Shown here: one piece after another, positions 1 to 12,000 of the stretch
Layout of the letters: each line of letters opens with the position of its first letter
Numbering within the stretch: position 1 is the first letter of the stretch
Origin: Chthoniobacterales bacterium
Lineage (GTDB): Bacteria; Verrucomicrobiota; Verrucomicrobiia; Chthoniobacterales; Chthoniobacteraceae
Assembly (NCBI GenBank): GCA_038207335.1
Contig: JBBQZX010000020.1
Coordinates: 32,001 to 96,000 of the forward strand
Direction: 5' to 3'
DNA: 64,000 bases
Position numbers and translations under genes: made by a program
Notes under the pieces: generated by a model
What the model was told of the DNA's origin: nothing
What the model saw: the letters and a program-made list of their open reading frames with translations, nothing else
The model's database searches: none

Positions 1-2
1 AC

Positions 3-3000
3 CGTCCCGGAGATGGAGCCGCTCGCGAGCACCACGGCGGTCGCGCCGCCGCCGACTTTCAAGTTGCCCCCGAAGCCACCACCCGCGCCGCTGAACGTTA
101 CACGGCCTCCCTGCTGATCGACGGTGCCGTTGAGCACCGAGTCGCCGACCGCGAGCGTCCCTCCGCTGCTCGGATTGAGCTGGACATAGGTGCCGGGATT
201 CGAGGTGAGCGTCGCGGCGGCGATGGTCGCGCCAGTCGCGATGTCGAGGGCGACAGGGGTCGGTGCGTTGCCTCCGAGGATCGAGAGATTGTCGGTGTCG
301 CTGGCTCCGGCGTTCGTCACGTTGAGCGCGGTGAAAAGCCCATTCAGTCGCACGTCGGAGATCATGCTGAAGCCGCCCGCATTCAGCGTGGTGCCGCTGG
401 CGAGATCGATGACACCTTTCCCGCCGACGGGCGTGACGAAGAGGCTACCCGTCCCGTCGTCGATCGGCTTGATGTAATCCGCGCCATCAAGCGCGCCGAT
501 GCCGTTTTTGTAGCCGAGGCCGTAATTCACGCCGAAGCCGCTGCCGGCGATCGGACCCGCGCCGCCGGTGCCATTGGCCATGCGGAGTTCGATCAAATGC
601 CAGCCATCGCCGCGACCGGGGAGCGTGACGCCGGGGCCGAAATTCTGCGTCGGTGTGCCCGCGTTCGCGCCTGCCGTGGTCGTTGTGGTGCTCGCGCCGA
701 CCGCGTAGGCGGTGCTCACGGCGCGGTTCCCTCCGCCGTGCGCGAGGTCGCTCAGGACGAGATTGCCATCCACCCAGATGGCCACGCGGTCGTCGATGTT
801 TTCGGCGAAAGAGAAGACGCCGTCGTCGTCCTTCACGTAACCGGTGTAGGTCCAGAGTTCGTTGTCGAGGTGGCCGGTGATCGCGCTCTGCGTGACCGCA
901 TTCGTCTGGAACATGCGGGGCTGTAGGCGGATGCCGAAGTTTCCGGGGTTCACGGGACGCGCAGCGCTGACGTCGATCGCGGACGTGGCCGCGACGTAGC
1001 CCTCGAGCAATCCGGGCGCGTAGGTCAGCGAGGTGCCTGCGATGGTGCCGGTGACGGTCGCCGTGCCGCCAGACACGCGCACGGTGCCGCTGTTGGAAAT
1101 ATTGCCGTTATGCGTGAGCGAGGCGTTGGTCCCGTCGAGTTCGAGGACGGCGTTGATCGCAGCGACCGGGTTCGTGGTCGCGCTCGGGGCGGTCGCTGCC
1201 GTACCGTTCACGCGGATGGTCGCGGCGCTCGTGGCGGGGGCGGTCGGCGCGAGGCGGAGGGTACCGCTCTGGACGTCGAGCGTTGCCGCCGCGGCGAGAT
1301 TGGAGCCGGTGACCCGGACCGTATTTGCGCCGCCGCCGACCGGACCGGCGACTCGCAGAACGCCGCCCGTCACGCTGCCCGCGAGGGTGAGTTGCTGGCC
1401 GCTGGTCACGTAGATGCCCGATCCCGAGAAGCCCCCGGCCGCCGAGATTGTCGCCGCGCCGCCGGTAGCGCCGACCTGGCCGTTGTTCACAAACGTCCCA
1501 GCACTGATCGTCGTCGAGCTGCTGACAGCGAGCGCGCCGGGCAGGTTACCTTCGTTCGGATCCACGGAGAACGCCCCGACATTCAGGATTTTGCTGGCGG
1601 GTGTGATGTAAAAGCCGCCGACTTTGAACGCCGGGAAATCGACGGTGGTGGGCGTGAACGCCGCGACTTGGTTTGGAGCGCCGACGGTGTTGAAAGTGTG
1701 CCCCGTGGTGCGCCCCGCCGCCCCGGCGACGCCGAAGCTCGCGGTGCCGGAGAAGGCGTCGATCGTGAGCCCGACGGTACCGCGTTTAATGAGCGTGCCG
1801 GTGCCGTCGAGCGTGCCGACGCGCAGCGTGAAGGTGTTGCCGTTCGTAAGGTTGAGCGCGGAGTCGCCGGTGACGTTCAGGTTGTTGATCGTGTGCGTGA
1901 GCCCGGTGTTCGCGGTCGAGCGATCGACGTTGATCGTCGAGCCCGCGGTCAGGTTCACGACGTTCGCGAAAGTCTGCGCCGTGTCGCTGCGCAACGTGAG
2001 CGTGCCGCCCGCGAGATTGACCGTCGCGCTGCCGAGCGCACTGCCGCTAGTAGCCGGCTGCGATATGAGGTTCACGTTGTTGTTCACCGCGATCGCGCCC
2101 GTGTAGGTGTTCGCCGGATTCGAGAGAAGCAGCGTGCCGGTCGTGCTGGTGAGCGCCGGGCCGGAGACGTTGAGATTTCCCGCGCCGGAGACGAGGCCCG
2201 AGATCGTGATCTGGCGCGCCGTGTTGCCGATGTAGAACTCGGAGACGTTCACGCGGCTGTTCGCGGCGACATCGACATTCCCCGCGAAGGTCGGATTGGC
2301 AATGGTGACGCCGAGCGTGCCACCGTTCAACTTCAGGCTTCCGGTGATCGTCGCGAGGCCGAGCAGCGTGCCGCCGGTCTGGATGTCGGTGACGTGATTC
2401 GAGAGGCCGAGGACGCCCGCGGTGTCGGCGCGGACGACGCCACCGAGGATGTGCAGGACCTCGGTCGGCGTCGCGGGATTCGCGCCGAAGTTCGTCGAGC
2501 CGCTCATGCTCACGATGCCCGGCCCCGTTTTGATGAGGCCGCCGGACGGGACGCTGGCGATCGTCGAGTTGAAGACGATCCCAAACGGCGACGAGCCGCT
2601 GACATCGAACGTCGAAGTCGTGCCGGTGCTCGGCGCGAAGTTCACGGTGAGCACACCATTGCCGGCGACTTCTCTCGTGATGTTGTCGTTCACCACGGTG
2701 ATCGGCTGCGGGTCGGTCAGCGTCACAGTGCCGGCAGTCGCGCCGCCGAATGCGAGCTGTGTCGTCGAGGCGCCAGTGCCATTCAGAAAGACCTTTTTCA
2801 GCGTCTGGCTGAACCCGGTCGCGGAGAACCCGAACGTCCCGCCGCCATTGATCGTGAGCGTGGAGCCGGCGGCGATTTGATCGGACTTCGCAAGCGTGAG
2901 CGTGCCGCCGTTGATCTCGACATCGCCCGCGAGAGCGGTGCCGGCGGTCGTGCGGTTCAGCGTGAGCGTGCCGTTATCCACGAAAGTTTTGCCGGTGAAT

Positions 3001-6000
3001 GTGTTGTCGCCAGTGAGCGTCAGGCTCGCGCCACCCGTTTTCACCAAGCTGACCGTACCACCGTTGTCCACGATCGGCGTCGCGATCGTGATGGTGTTCT
3101 GGGCATTCGTGACAAACAGCTCCGGCCCGCCGGAGGTCAGCCCTCCCGTGCCGTTGATCGTCATGGCCTGGTTGACGTTCGCCAAAATGCCGCCCGTCCC
3201 GACCGTGAGCAGTCCGTTCAGCGTGATCGTCTGGGCGGCAGCCGGTGAGAGCTTCAGCGAGTTGATCGTCTTCGCCGCAGCCACGGTGCGCGCGGCGCCG
3301 TTGTCGTTCACGTTGTCGGTCGACACCGCGTTCGTGATGTCGGTGGTCGTGTAGTTCACGAACCCGCCATTGAGATTCGAGACGGTGCTGACGCCCTGAC
3401 CGTCCTTGTAAGTCAGGAAGTTATTGCCATCCGTCGCCCAGCCGCCGATGAGGCCATTGACGAGGCTGGCTTGGCTGAATGCGGAGCCGTTCAGGTTGTT
3501 GATGAACACCCGCGGATTCGTCGAGGTCGTGCCGGGATTGCCCAGCGTGCCGCCGCCCGTGACGTTTAAAGTGCTGGCTTGGATGAACGCGATGGCGCCA
3601 GCGGTGCGGTTAAAATTGTTGATCGTGAGTTCCGCGCTCGTGCTCTGGCCGGAGCCGACCGAAATGATCGAGCCGCCCTTTTGCAGGTTCAGCGTGTTAA
3701 TGGTCTGCGCCGCCGCGTCGCGGCCACCGATCAGGTTGATGTTCGCGTTGCCAAAAGTATTCACCGTCGCGGTCGGCGAGAGCCGGTCGGTGCGGACGCC
3801 GCCGGTGGAGCCGATGCCGGTGTTGTCGATCTCGAGCGTCCCTTGGGTGAAAATGTTGATGTTCTGCGAGGCGGTGAGGCGTCCATCGTCGCGCAGGCGG
3901 AGCGTGCCTGAGCGGATGAAAGTGTCGCCGGTGTAGTCGTTCGCACGCGTCAGCGTCAGCGCGTTTGCCCCGCTGTTCGCGCCCGCCTTCGTGAGTGAAA
4001 TCGCGCCGCCGATGTTGCCAGCAAAGACTTCGTTCCCGGAGTTGGTCTGTACGGTGACGCTCGCCGCCGCGGCGCTGGTCAGCACGCCCGCATTGATCGC
4101 GGAGGAGGAGTTGCTGTTCGCGAGGTTGCCGTTCGAGATGAGCGTGCTGAAAATTTGCGACTTGCCTGCGAGGTCGAGCATTCCGCCGTTCAGGTTCAGC
4201 CGCAAGCCGGTGAAGTTGAAGGCGTTCGCCGCAGTCGGCTGGGCGACGTAGAAGCTGTTCTGGCCCGCGCCTCCACCGAGCACGACCGTGCCTTCGTTGA
4301 TTGTGATATTTCCCTGCATCAGGCTGACCGCGCCCGGGCCGAGCGTGAGCGTCCCGGGGCCGTTTTTGTTGAAGCCGTTGTTGCTGTTGAGCCCGGCATT
4401 CACCGTGAGGTCGCCCTGCGCGTAGAAGTAGAAAGGCGTGTTGTTCGTCGTGTTGCCGAGATACGGCGCAGTGATCGCGCTGGAATTGCCCGCCGGCACG
4501 AGGATGCCGCCAGTCTGCACGATGAAGCGCGCGGGGTTCACCGAGAAGGGCGTGAAGCCGTTCGCGGTGATGGACGAGCCGTTCAGCAAGGTGAGCGAGG
4601 CGACGCTCGTCGCGCCGCCGTTCAGCACGAGGGGGTTGCTCAGTTTCAGGTTGAGCGAGCGAGCGTCGTTGGCGGTCACGAACGTCGCGCGGGCGTACTC
4701 GGAGTCGTTCAAAAGGCGGACGCCGCTCGTGAGCGAATCCTGCGTGACGAAGCCGGTGCCCGTGCCCGTGAGGCTCGTGTCGCCGAGGATGTCCGGGCGC
4801 ATCGGCACAAGCGCCGTGCCGATTGAGCCGACGAAATTCCCGCCGCCGAGCGCGTTGGGGCTCACGTTGCTGGCGTTGTTGCTCCACAGGTTCGCGGCGG
4901 TCGTCGCGCGGATGATTCCATTCACGCCCGCCGCCGGCGTTGTTGCGCCGGTCGTGTAATTTTGCACGGGGAGCGCCGCGGCGAGGCTCGGGCTGCGGAA
5001 GACGAAAGTCGCGCCGTTGCCCCCCTGCTGCGAGTTGTTGAATTGCGTGAAATTCAACTCCGTCTGGCCGCCCGCGCTCGCATCGACGGTGACGAACGCA
5101 TTGCCGCCGATGGTCGAAAGCTGGAGCTGGCCGAGCGATTCGGTCACTGCAGCCGTGGCGTTGCCGACGAGTTTAAATTCGCCGCCGGGCAGGGTCAGGT
5201 TTTTCGTCGTCCCGCCGAGGCGGTTGCTGACCGCATTCGCCGCCGCGCCGGAGTTGTCGAGGAGCAGCGTGCCGCCTTTTTGCGCCGCGTACGTCGCGAA
5301 GGCCGCGTTGCCCGCGCCGGAGAATGCCGCGGTGCCGTTGTAGACATTCATCGTGCCGGTCGAGGTGCTCGTCCCGGTAAAATCCGCGCGCCCGGCGCCG
5401 AGCTTGCCGATCGTCACCTGCTGGCTGCCGCTATTTGAAAAAACGCCGTTGAACGTGAAGTCCGCGCCGCCGTAACCGATGTGCAGCGCGGCGGCGTTGT
5501 TGCCGATCACCGCGCCGTTGCCGGTGAGCGCGCCCATGATTTCCGCCGTGCCGTTGTTGATGAGCAGCGTGGAGCCGGTGCCGGGGATGATGCCGTTGCC
5601 CGCGAGATTCGTGGCCGCGGCCGGGAGGTCGAGGCTCTTCGTGTCGGGGTAAACATTGACACCTTGGAAGGAGAGCTGCGCGCCGGGCTGGATGACGAGA
5701 TTCCCCGCAATTCGGTTGGAGTTGCTCGCATTGAGCTGCACCGCGCCGAGCTTCGCGATTCCGTCGATGGTCTGAGCCGAGCCGATGTTCACATTCGCCC
5801 CCACAGGCACGTCGATGTCGTCGCCGACGTTGAAATACGCACCCGATGAACTGGCGATGGTCGCGCCGTTGTTCAGGATGATCCGCCCGCCGTATCCGCC
5901 CGAGTTCACCGCGCGGCTATCGACGTTGTCGTTGGTCAAGATGCCGCCCGCACCCAGCACGATGTTGTCCGGCTCGACGAGCGTGGTCATCGGGTTCGTC

Positions 6001-9000
6001 GGGCTGGTCAGCGTGCGGTTGCCGTTGAAAATCTGAATCATCGCGGCGCTGCCATTCGGCTCGGAGAGCACGGCTTGGTTGAAGCGGAAGACGTTGTCGA
6101 TGTCGTATCGGACGATGACGCCCGGCTCATAAACGATCTGCCCCTGGTTGATGATGCCCGTGTTCGTGCCGCCGAAGAGGAGACCGCCCGAGCCGAGCAG
6201 CGCCTGCGCGTTGCCGAGGTGCAGGACGGAGCCGGTCTTCATCGTGACCGTCCCGGGTGCCGCCGAGCCGAAGCCGGAGGCGTCGTTGAGCAGGAGTCGG
6301 CCACCCGCCTCGATCGTCGTCTGGCCATTGATCGGGCTGAGCAGCGGATAGGCGAAGCCGACGGGCATGTTCGCCGCGAGACCGACGTTGACGAAGCCGC
6401 CCGGATCGGCGGTGCCGCCCGCCTGGACGAGCAGCTTGCCGACATTGCTCCCGGAGCCGAAAGACGCGCTTTTCGTCGGCTGAATCTGGGAGCCCGACGA
6501 CACGACGAACGTGATATTCGGCGAGATGGAGACGGCGGTGTCCTCGTTCATGATCACCGTGCCGGTGACCAGCGCGTTGATCGGACGGCCTGCGTTGTTG
6601 ACGATCGAGTAGGAGCCGGCGGCGTTGGTGACTCCGAGATTGACCGCGACGGCGGCGCCCGCGCGGTAGGTGCCCTGCAGCTCAAAGTCGCTGTTTGCAA
6701 AAATGGTGCCGGTCGTGAACGTCATGCCCGGAGCGCCCGCGGAAAAGCCGCGCCACGGCGTGCCCGTGCCGACGGTCACGCTCGTGAGCGAGCCGGTCGT
6801 GGCGTTGACGTTGAGGTAAAGGTCGGCGTCGGTGCCTAGGTTGTTGATGTTGTTCGTCGTGCCGAGGTCCACGTTCGTCCCGGCCTGGACGCGGACGACA
6901 GCGCCCGGCGCGAGCTTGATCTGTCCGCCGGCGGTGAAGGGGCTGGCGAGCGGGATGCGGGTGAGGGAATTGAGCCCCTGGTTCGCGACGGTGGTCTGGC
7001 CGGTGACGTTCGAGCCGGCTCCGAGTTCGAAGCGATCCGTCGCATTCGTGAATGCCGCGGCGGCGTTGAGATAAAGTTCCGACACGTCCGAGAGCGTATA
7101 GACCGCGCTGCCCGCCGCGGGATTCGCCGCGCCGGTCGCGACCGCCCCGGGGGCGCGCACCTCGATGACGCCCGCTTTCACGACCACGCCGCCCGTGCCG
7201 AGCCCTCCCGCGGCGAGGGCATTCACGCGCCCCTGCGTGATGAATGTGCCGCCGGAGTAGGAGTTTGCGGTGCCGGAATTGATCTGGAAGGTGCCGGTCA
7301 AATCCTTCACGAGGGTCACAGCCTGCCCGTTGTTGTCCGCGATATTGGAGAAAATCTCCATGATCGAGGCGCTGTTCTGGTGGATGAAAAGCTCGCGGGG
7401 CACCGCGTTGCCCGCCACCGGGCCCGCGGTGACAACACCGCGCACCGTCGCGGTGCCGATCGTGCGGGTAAAATTCTGATTGTCGGAAACGATGCCGCCG
7501 CTCTCGATGAAGAGCCGGTCCGTGCCACCGGTGAAATTGAGCACCTGGGCGGCAGCCGCATTCAGCTTCAGCGCGGCGGCGGAGGTGTCTCCGGCAGGCA
7601 GAGTGAACGTGGCGTTGCTCTGCGCATTCACGCCGGTTCCGAAAGTATTTGCCGCGCCGTAAGTCGCCGCCGTCACTCCAGTCGTGGTGTTGTAAGCGAG
7701 GAAGTCGTTGCCGAAGACGGTCCCCCATCCCCCGAGGAGAGTGAGACCGGCTGGAGGCGTGCCGGCGATGTTGTTGAAAAAAACGCGCGTCGTGTTGTTG
7801 GCCGGCGCTGCTCCCAACGTGCCCAAATTTCCTCCGATGCGGAGCGTTGAGCCGACGGTCCGGGTGAGGTCCGCAAACGTCATGACCGCCTGCGCGTTGG
7901 TCGGGTTGGTCACGTTGACATCCGCGTTCACAAAGCTCTGCCCAAGCCCGAGATTCAGTGTGCCAAAGGTTTCCGTCGAAGTCTGGCCGGTGAATGCGAC
8001 AAGGTTGATCCCGCCGCCCCGCAGCGTGATCGGCGCCGCGTCGTTGATCCGGTTCGCGGAGTTCACTTGCGGAAAACCGCCGATGCGAGTGATGCCGAGT
8101 GACGCGTTGTTTTGCAGCGTGAGTTGCCCATTTTGCTCGATCGCGATCGCGGCGACGTTCGCCAGCGCGCCGTTCGACCGAAGCTCCACGAAGCCGCCCT
8201 GCGCGCCGATGCTGAGATTTCCCGCGAAGTCGCTCGAGCTGCCGAGGTAGAGCACGCCGAAGCCGCTCTTCGTCAAAGTCGTCCCCGCCGCGCCGGTCAG
8301 GCTGTTGGCTTTCGAGGAAAATGCGAGGCCGTTTGCGCCGTTGGTAATCGCCGGGACATCGATCGCGCCGCCGCCCGCGCCGATCGTGACGGTGCGCGTC
8401 GTGTCGGCCGGGAGGACGTATCCGAGGAGCGAAAAGTTCGCGCCCGCGCTGCCGGAGGTCTGCGCGAGGCGGAGCGTACCGCCGTTCGTGAGCGTGATGC
8501 CGTTGGTCGCGGAGCCGTCGCCCAGCGAGTTGGAATTCGTGAATTGCAGCGTGCCGCCGTCGATCGTGAGCGCGCCGGAATTCGTGCTCGCCGCGACGCG
8601 CGTGAGATCGACGATGCCGCCCGCCTTCACGTTCACCGCATTCGCGCCGGAGAGCCCCTGCGTGAGCGACAGAATATTTTGCAGCGCCCCGCCGCCGAAG
8701 GTGCCGCCGAAATTGTAGGCACCCGCGTTCGGCGTGATCGTCCCAGAATACGTGACGAGGCCGTTGGCGCCGAGGCTGACGTTCTGCCCACCGTTGGCGA
8801 AATTGAGCGCGGTTGCGCTGTTCCCCGTGAGCACGAGCGCACCACCGGAGCCGGACGCAATCCGATCGACGAGATTTTGACCCGAGGGATATCCCGCAAT
8901 GACTGCGGTGCCCGCCGGCGCCGTGATCGAGGTGCCTGCGCCCGGGTCGGAGTTGAACTTGAACGCTTTCCCCGCCGGGATGCTCTGCACGAGGCCGGTC

Positions 9001-12000
9001 TGCGTCCCGTTGAAACCGATCGCGCCGGAATTCCAGGTGATCGTCGGCAGAACGTTGTTCACGTCGTAGTCGTAAATGAATGCACCGGTGCCGTTCTTGA
9101 TGATCGCGGAGACGCCGGGCGCCGAGCCGATGCTCACGTCGCCCACGCCGTCGATGGTCAGCGTATTTCCACCGCCGATCGACGCCGCGCGGATGAATCC
9201 CGCCGAGCGAATCGTCGCATCGCCCGTGAGCGCGATCCCGCCGAGCGTCTGCGTGCCGCCGAGCGAACGGATGGCGCCCGGGGATACGAGGCCGGTGGCG
9301 ATCCCATTGCCAGCGATCGTGAGATCCTCGCCACCCGTGATATTTCCCAAAAGCTGGAGCTGCGCGCCGCTGGCGACAGTCGTGATATTTCCCGCCCCCG
9401 CCGCGCCGAGCGAACCGCGGAATTGCACGGTACCCGCGTTAATGGCGGTAATCCCAGTGTAGGAGTTGTTCGCGCCGGCCAGGACGACGGTTTTTCCGGC
9501 CGTGTTGATCGTGAGTCCGCCCGCGCCGCCGAGGCTCGGCAGGATCGTCCCGGCGGTCAGCGTTGAACCGCCGAGGTTAGTCACATTCAGCGTGCCGGAG
9601 CCGAAAATCGCGCCGCCCGACATGGCGAGGGTGCCGATCGTCTCGGTGTTGCCGTTGAGATTGATGAAGCCATTTTGCAGCGTGACCGTCGCGGTGTCGG
9701 CGATTTGCTCGCCGCGGCGGATATCGACATTGAAGACGAGGTCGGAATTCCCCGCGTTCGGATCGGCATTCGCCGTCGGCACGTTCACCGTGAGGTTGCC
9801 GGAAATCGCATTACCGCCGCCGGAGACATTATTGAGCACCAACTGGCCTTTGCTCACCGTCGTCAGGCCGGTGTAGGTGTTCGCGTTTCCAAAAGTGACG
9901 CGCCCGGGGCCGTTCAACGTCAGGCCTTGAGCCCCGCCGGTGATCGCGCCGGTGTAGTTCACGTTCAGGACGTTCGCAGTTAAAGTCGCGGTGCCCGTGC
10001 CGGAAAGTGCGCTCGTGCCGGAAACGGTGACGCCGAGCAGCGGGGTAACGCCCTGGTTGTTGAGGCCGACATTCAGCGTAGAGCCGCCGGCCAGCGAGAC
10101 GGAGGTCGCGACCGCGTCGTCGATGACATCGACACTGCTCGTGCCCGAGACGGCGGCGATGTCGCCGATATTCGTAACGACCGTGCCGGTGGTCACCTGC
10201 CCCGGAGTCGAGCCGAGCAGCACGCTGGCGTTGCCGGTGTCCGGGCCGGAGTAGTTCATCACGAAGCCCGCGCCGCCGGTCCCCTGCCCGTACTTGATGA
10301 TGATATTATGCGGCCCCGCGGAGAGCGTGACCGGCGTGTTCGCGCCAGTGATAAAACCGTGCCCACCGTCGTTGTTCGAGACGATGGCTCCGTCGATCCA
10401 CACGACCGTGCCGTCGTCGCTCGTCGGGATGAAGGTGTAGCTGCCCGTATTCGCGATGTTCACCACACCTTTGTAAGCCGCGCCAGTATTCGTCCCCCAC
10501 GAGAAGCCCTGCACCCCGGCTCCGCCCGGCACCGGCTCAAAACCACCGGCCTGATTCCCCACGTTGATCGACGGATCGATCTGCGAAACGATCCACGGAT
10601 TCGCAGAGCCCGGCTGCCCGCTCGTGAGCTGGTAATAGCCGTAGCGGTATTCGTTCACCACGTTTGCGACCGCGAAGCCAAGATTAGCGTAGAAAGCGTT
10701 GAGCCCGTTGACGTTTGCCCCGGAAACCGCGCCGTTCTGGTAGGCAAAGCGCGCAGTGCCGCCCGTGAGACTGATCGCGCCCGCGCCGCGGGAAAGTGTC
10801 GAGTTCATCGCCAGCGTGACATTAGTCGGCACCGAGAACGCACCCGTGTATCCCGAATTGTCGCCGCTCAAAGTGAGCGTCGCTGCAGTCGTACCTGTCG
10901 TGAGCGCGAGATTTCCCGAGCCGGAAATCGGCCCGGTGATCGCGCCGCTCTGGCTGACCGTGTCATACCAGTTCTTGAGCTGGATCGTGGCGTTGCCGGC
11001 AGCCATGATCGGCGACGCATACACTCCCCCGGCGCCGTTGTGAAAGCCAAGGATCGATCCGGCGTTCGCGGTGACTGGCTGCGAATTGGTCACGCCCGTC
11101 GCGACGGAAAATGTCGCGCCACTGTTGACCGTCACGGTCTGCCCGGCGGTGTTGCCGAGCGCGGTGTTGTTGCGGAGTTCGAAGACGCCGGCGCTAACAA
11201 CGGTGTTGCCGGTGAAGCCAGTATTCGAACCGACGATATCCAGCAGCGTGCCGCCCACCGTCAGCGTCGCCGCGCCGGTGAGTTGCCCGTTGTTCTGAAG
11301 CCGAATATTCCCGGTGATCGCGCCTCCGCCCGCCCCAATATTGAACGAGTGCCCGGCTGTCAGGATGATCTGCGGGCCAGTATTTCCCGCCGCCGCGCCA
11401 TTGCTGAGATTGATCGCGCTGTTGGCATTTCCGAGCTGCGCCTCCGCCCCGAAAACGAGCGCTCCCCCATTGACGTTGATATTGCCGCCGAACGTATTCG
11501 CACCTCCCAGCGTGAGCGTTCCCGCGCCGCTTTTCGTGAAGCCCGCCGAGCCGGCGATGATCGCATTGATCGTCGCGGTGTCGGCCCCGTTCGTCACCGT
11601 CACGGTGGGCGTCGCGCCGCTGAGCGTCAGCGTGTTCGTAAAGACGCCGCCGTCGCCGACGTTGTATCCGTTCGTGTTGAAAGTGAGCCGGTTCGCGAAA
11701 ATCGGCGCGCCGAGTGTGACGAGACCGGTGCCCGCCACACCACCGAAGACCGCCTCATCGGCATTCACCGCCGTGTTTGGCCACAAGACATCCGCGGCAC
11801 CGTCGAACCAGTTCGCCGTCACATTGTCCCACGTGCCGGGGCCGCCGCCGCCGACGCCGATTAAGGTGGGATCCCAAATGTAAGCTGCGCCTTTTCCGAT
11901 CCCCACGCCCGCCATGGCGAGCGCCGCGAGCATGGCAGCGCGCGAGGAAAACCGCAAAAGAGAAGTGGCCAGAGGCCGTGGCGGGACACAATTCGGGCGA

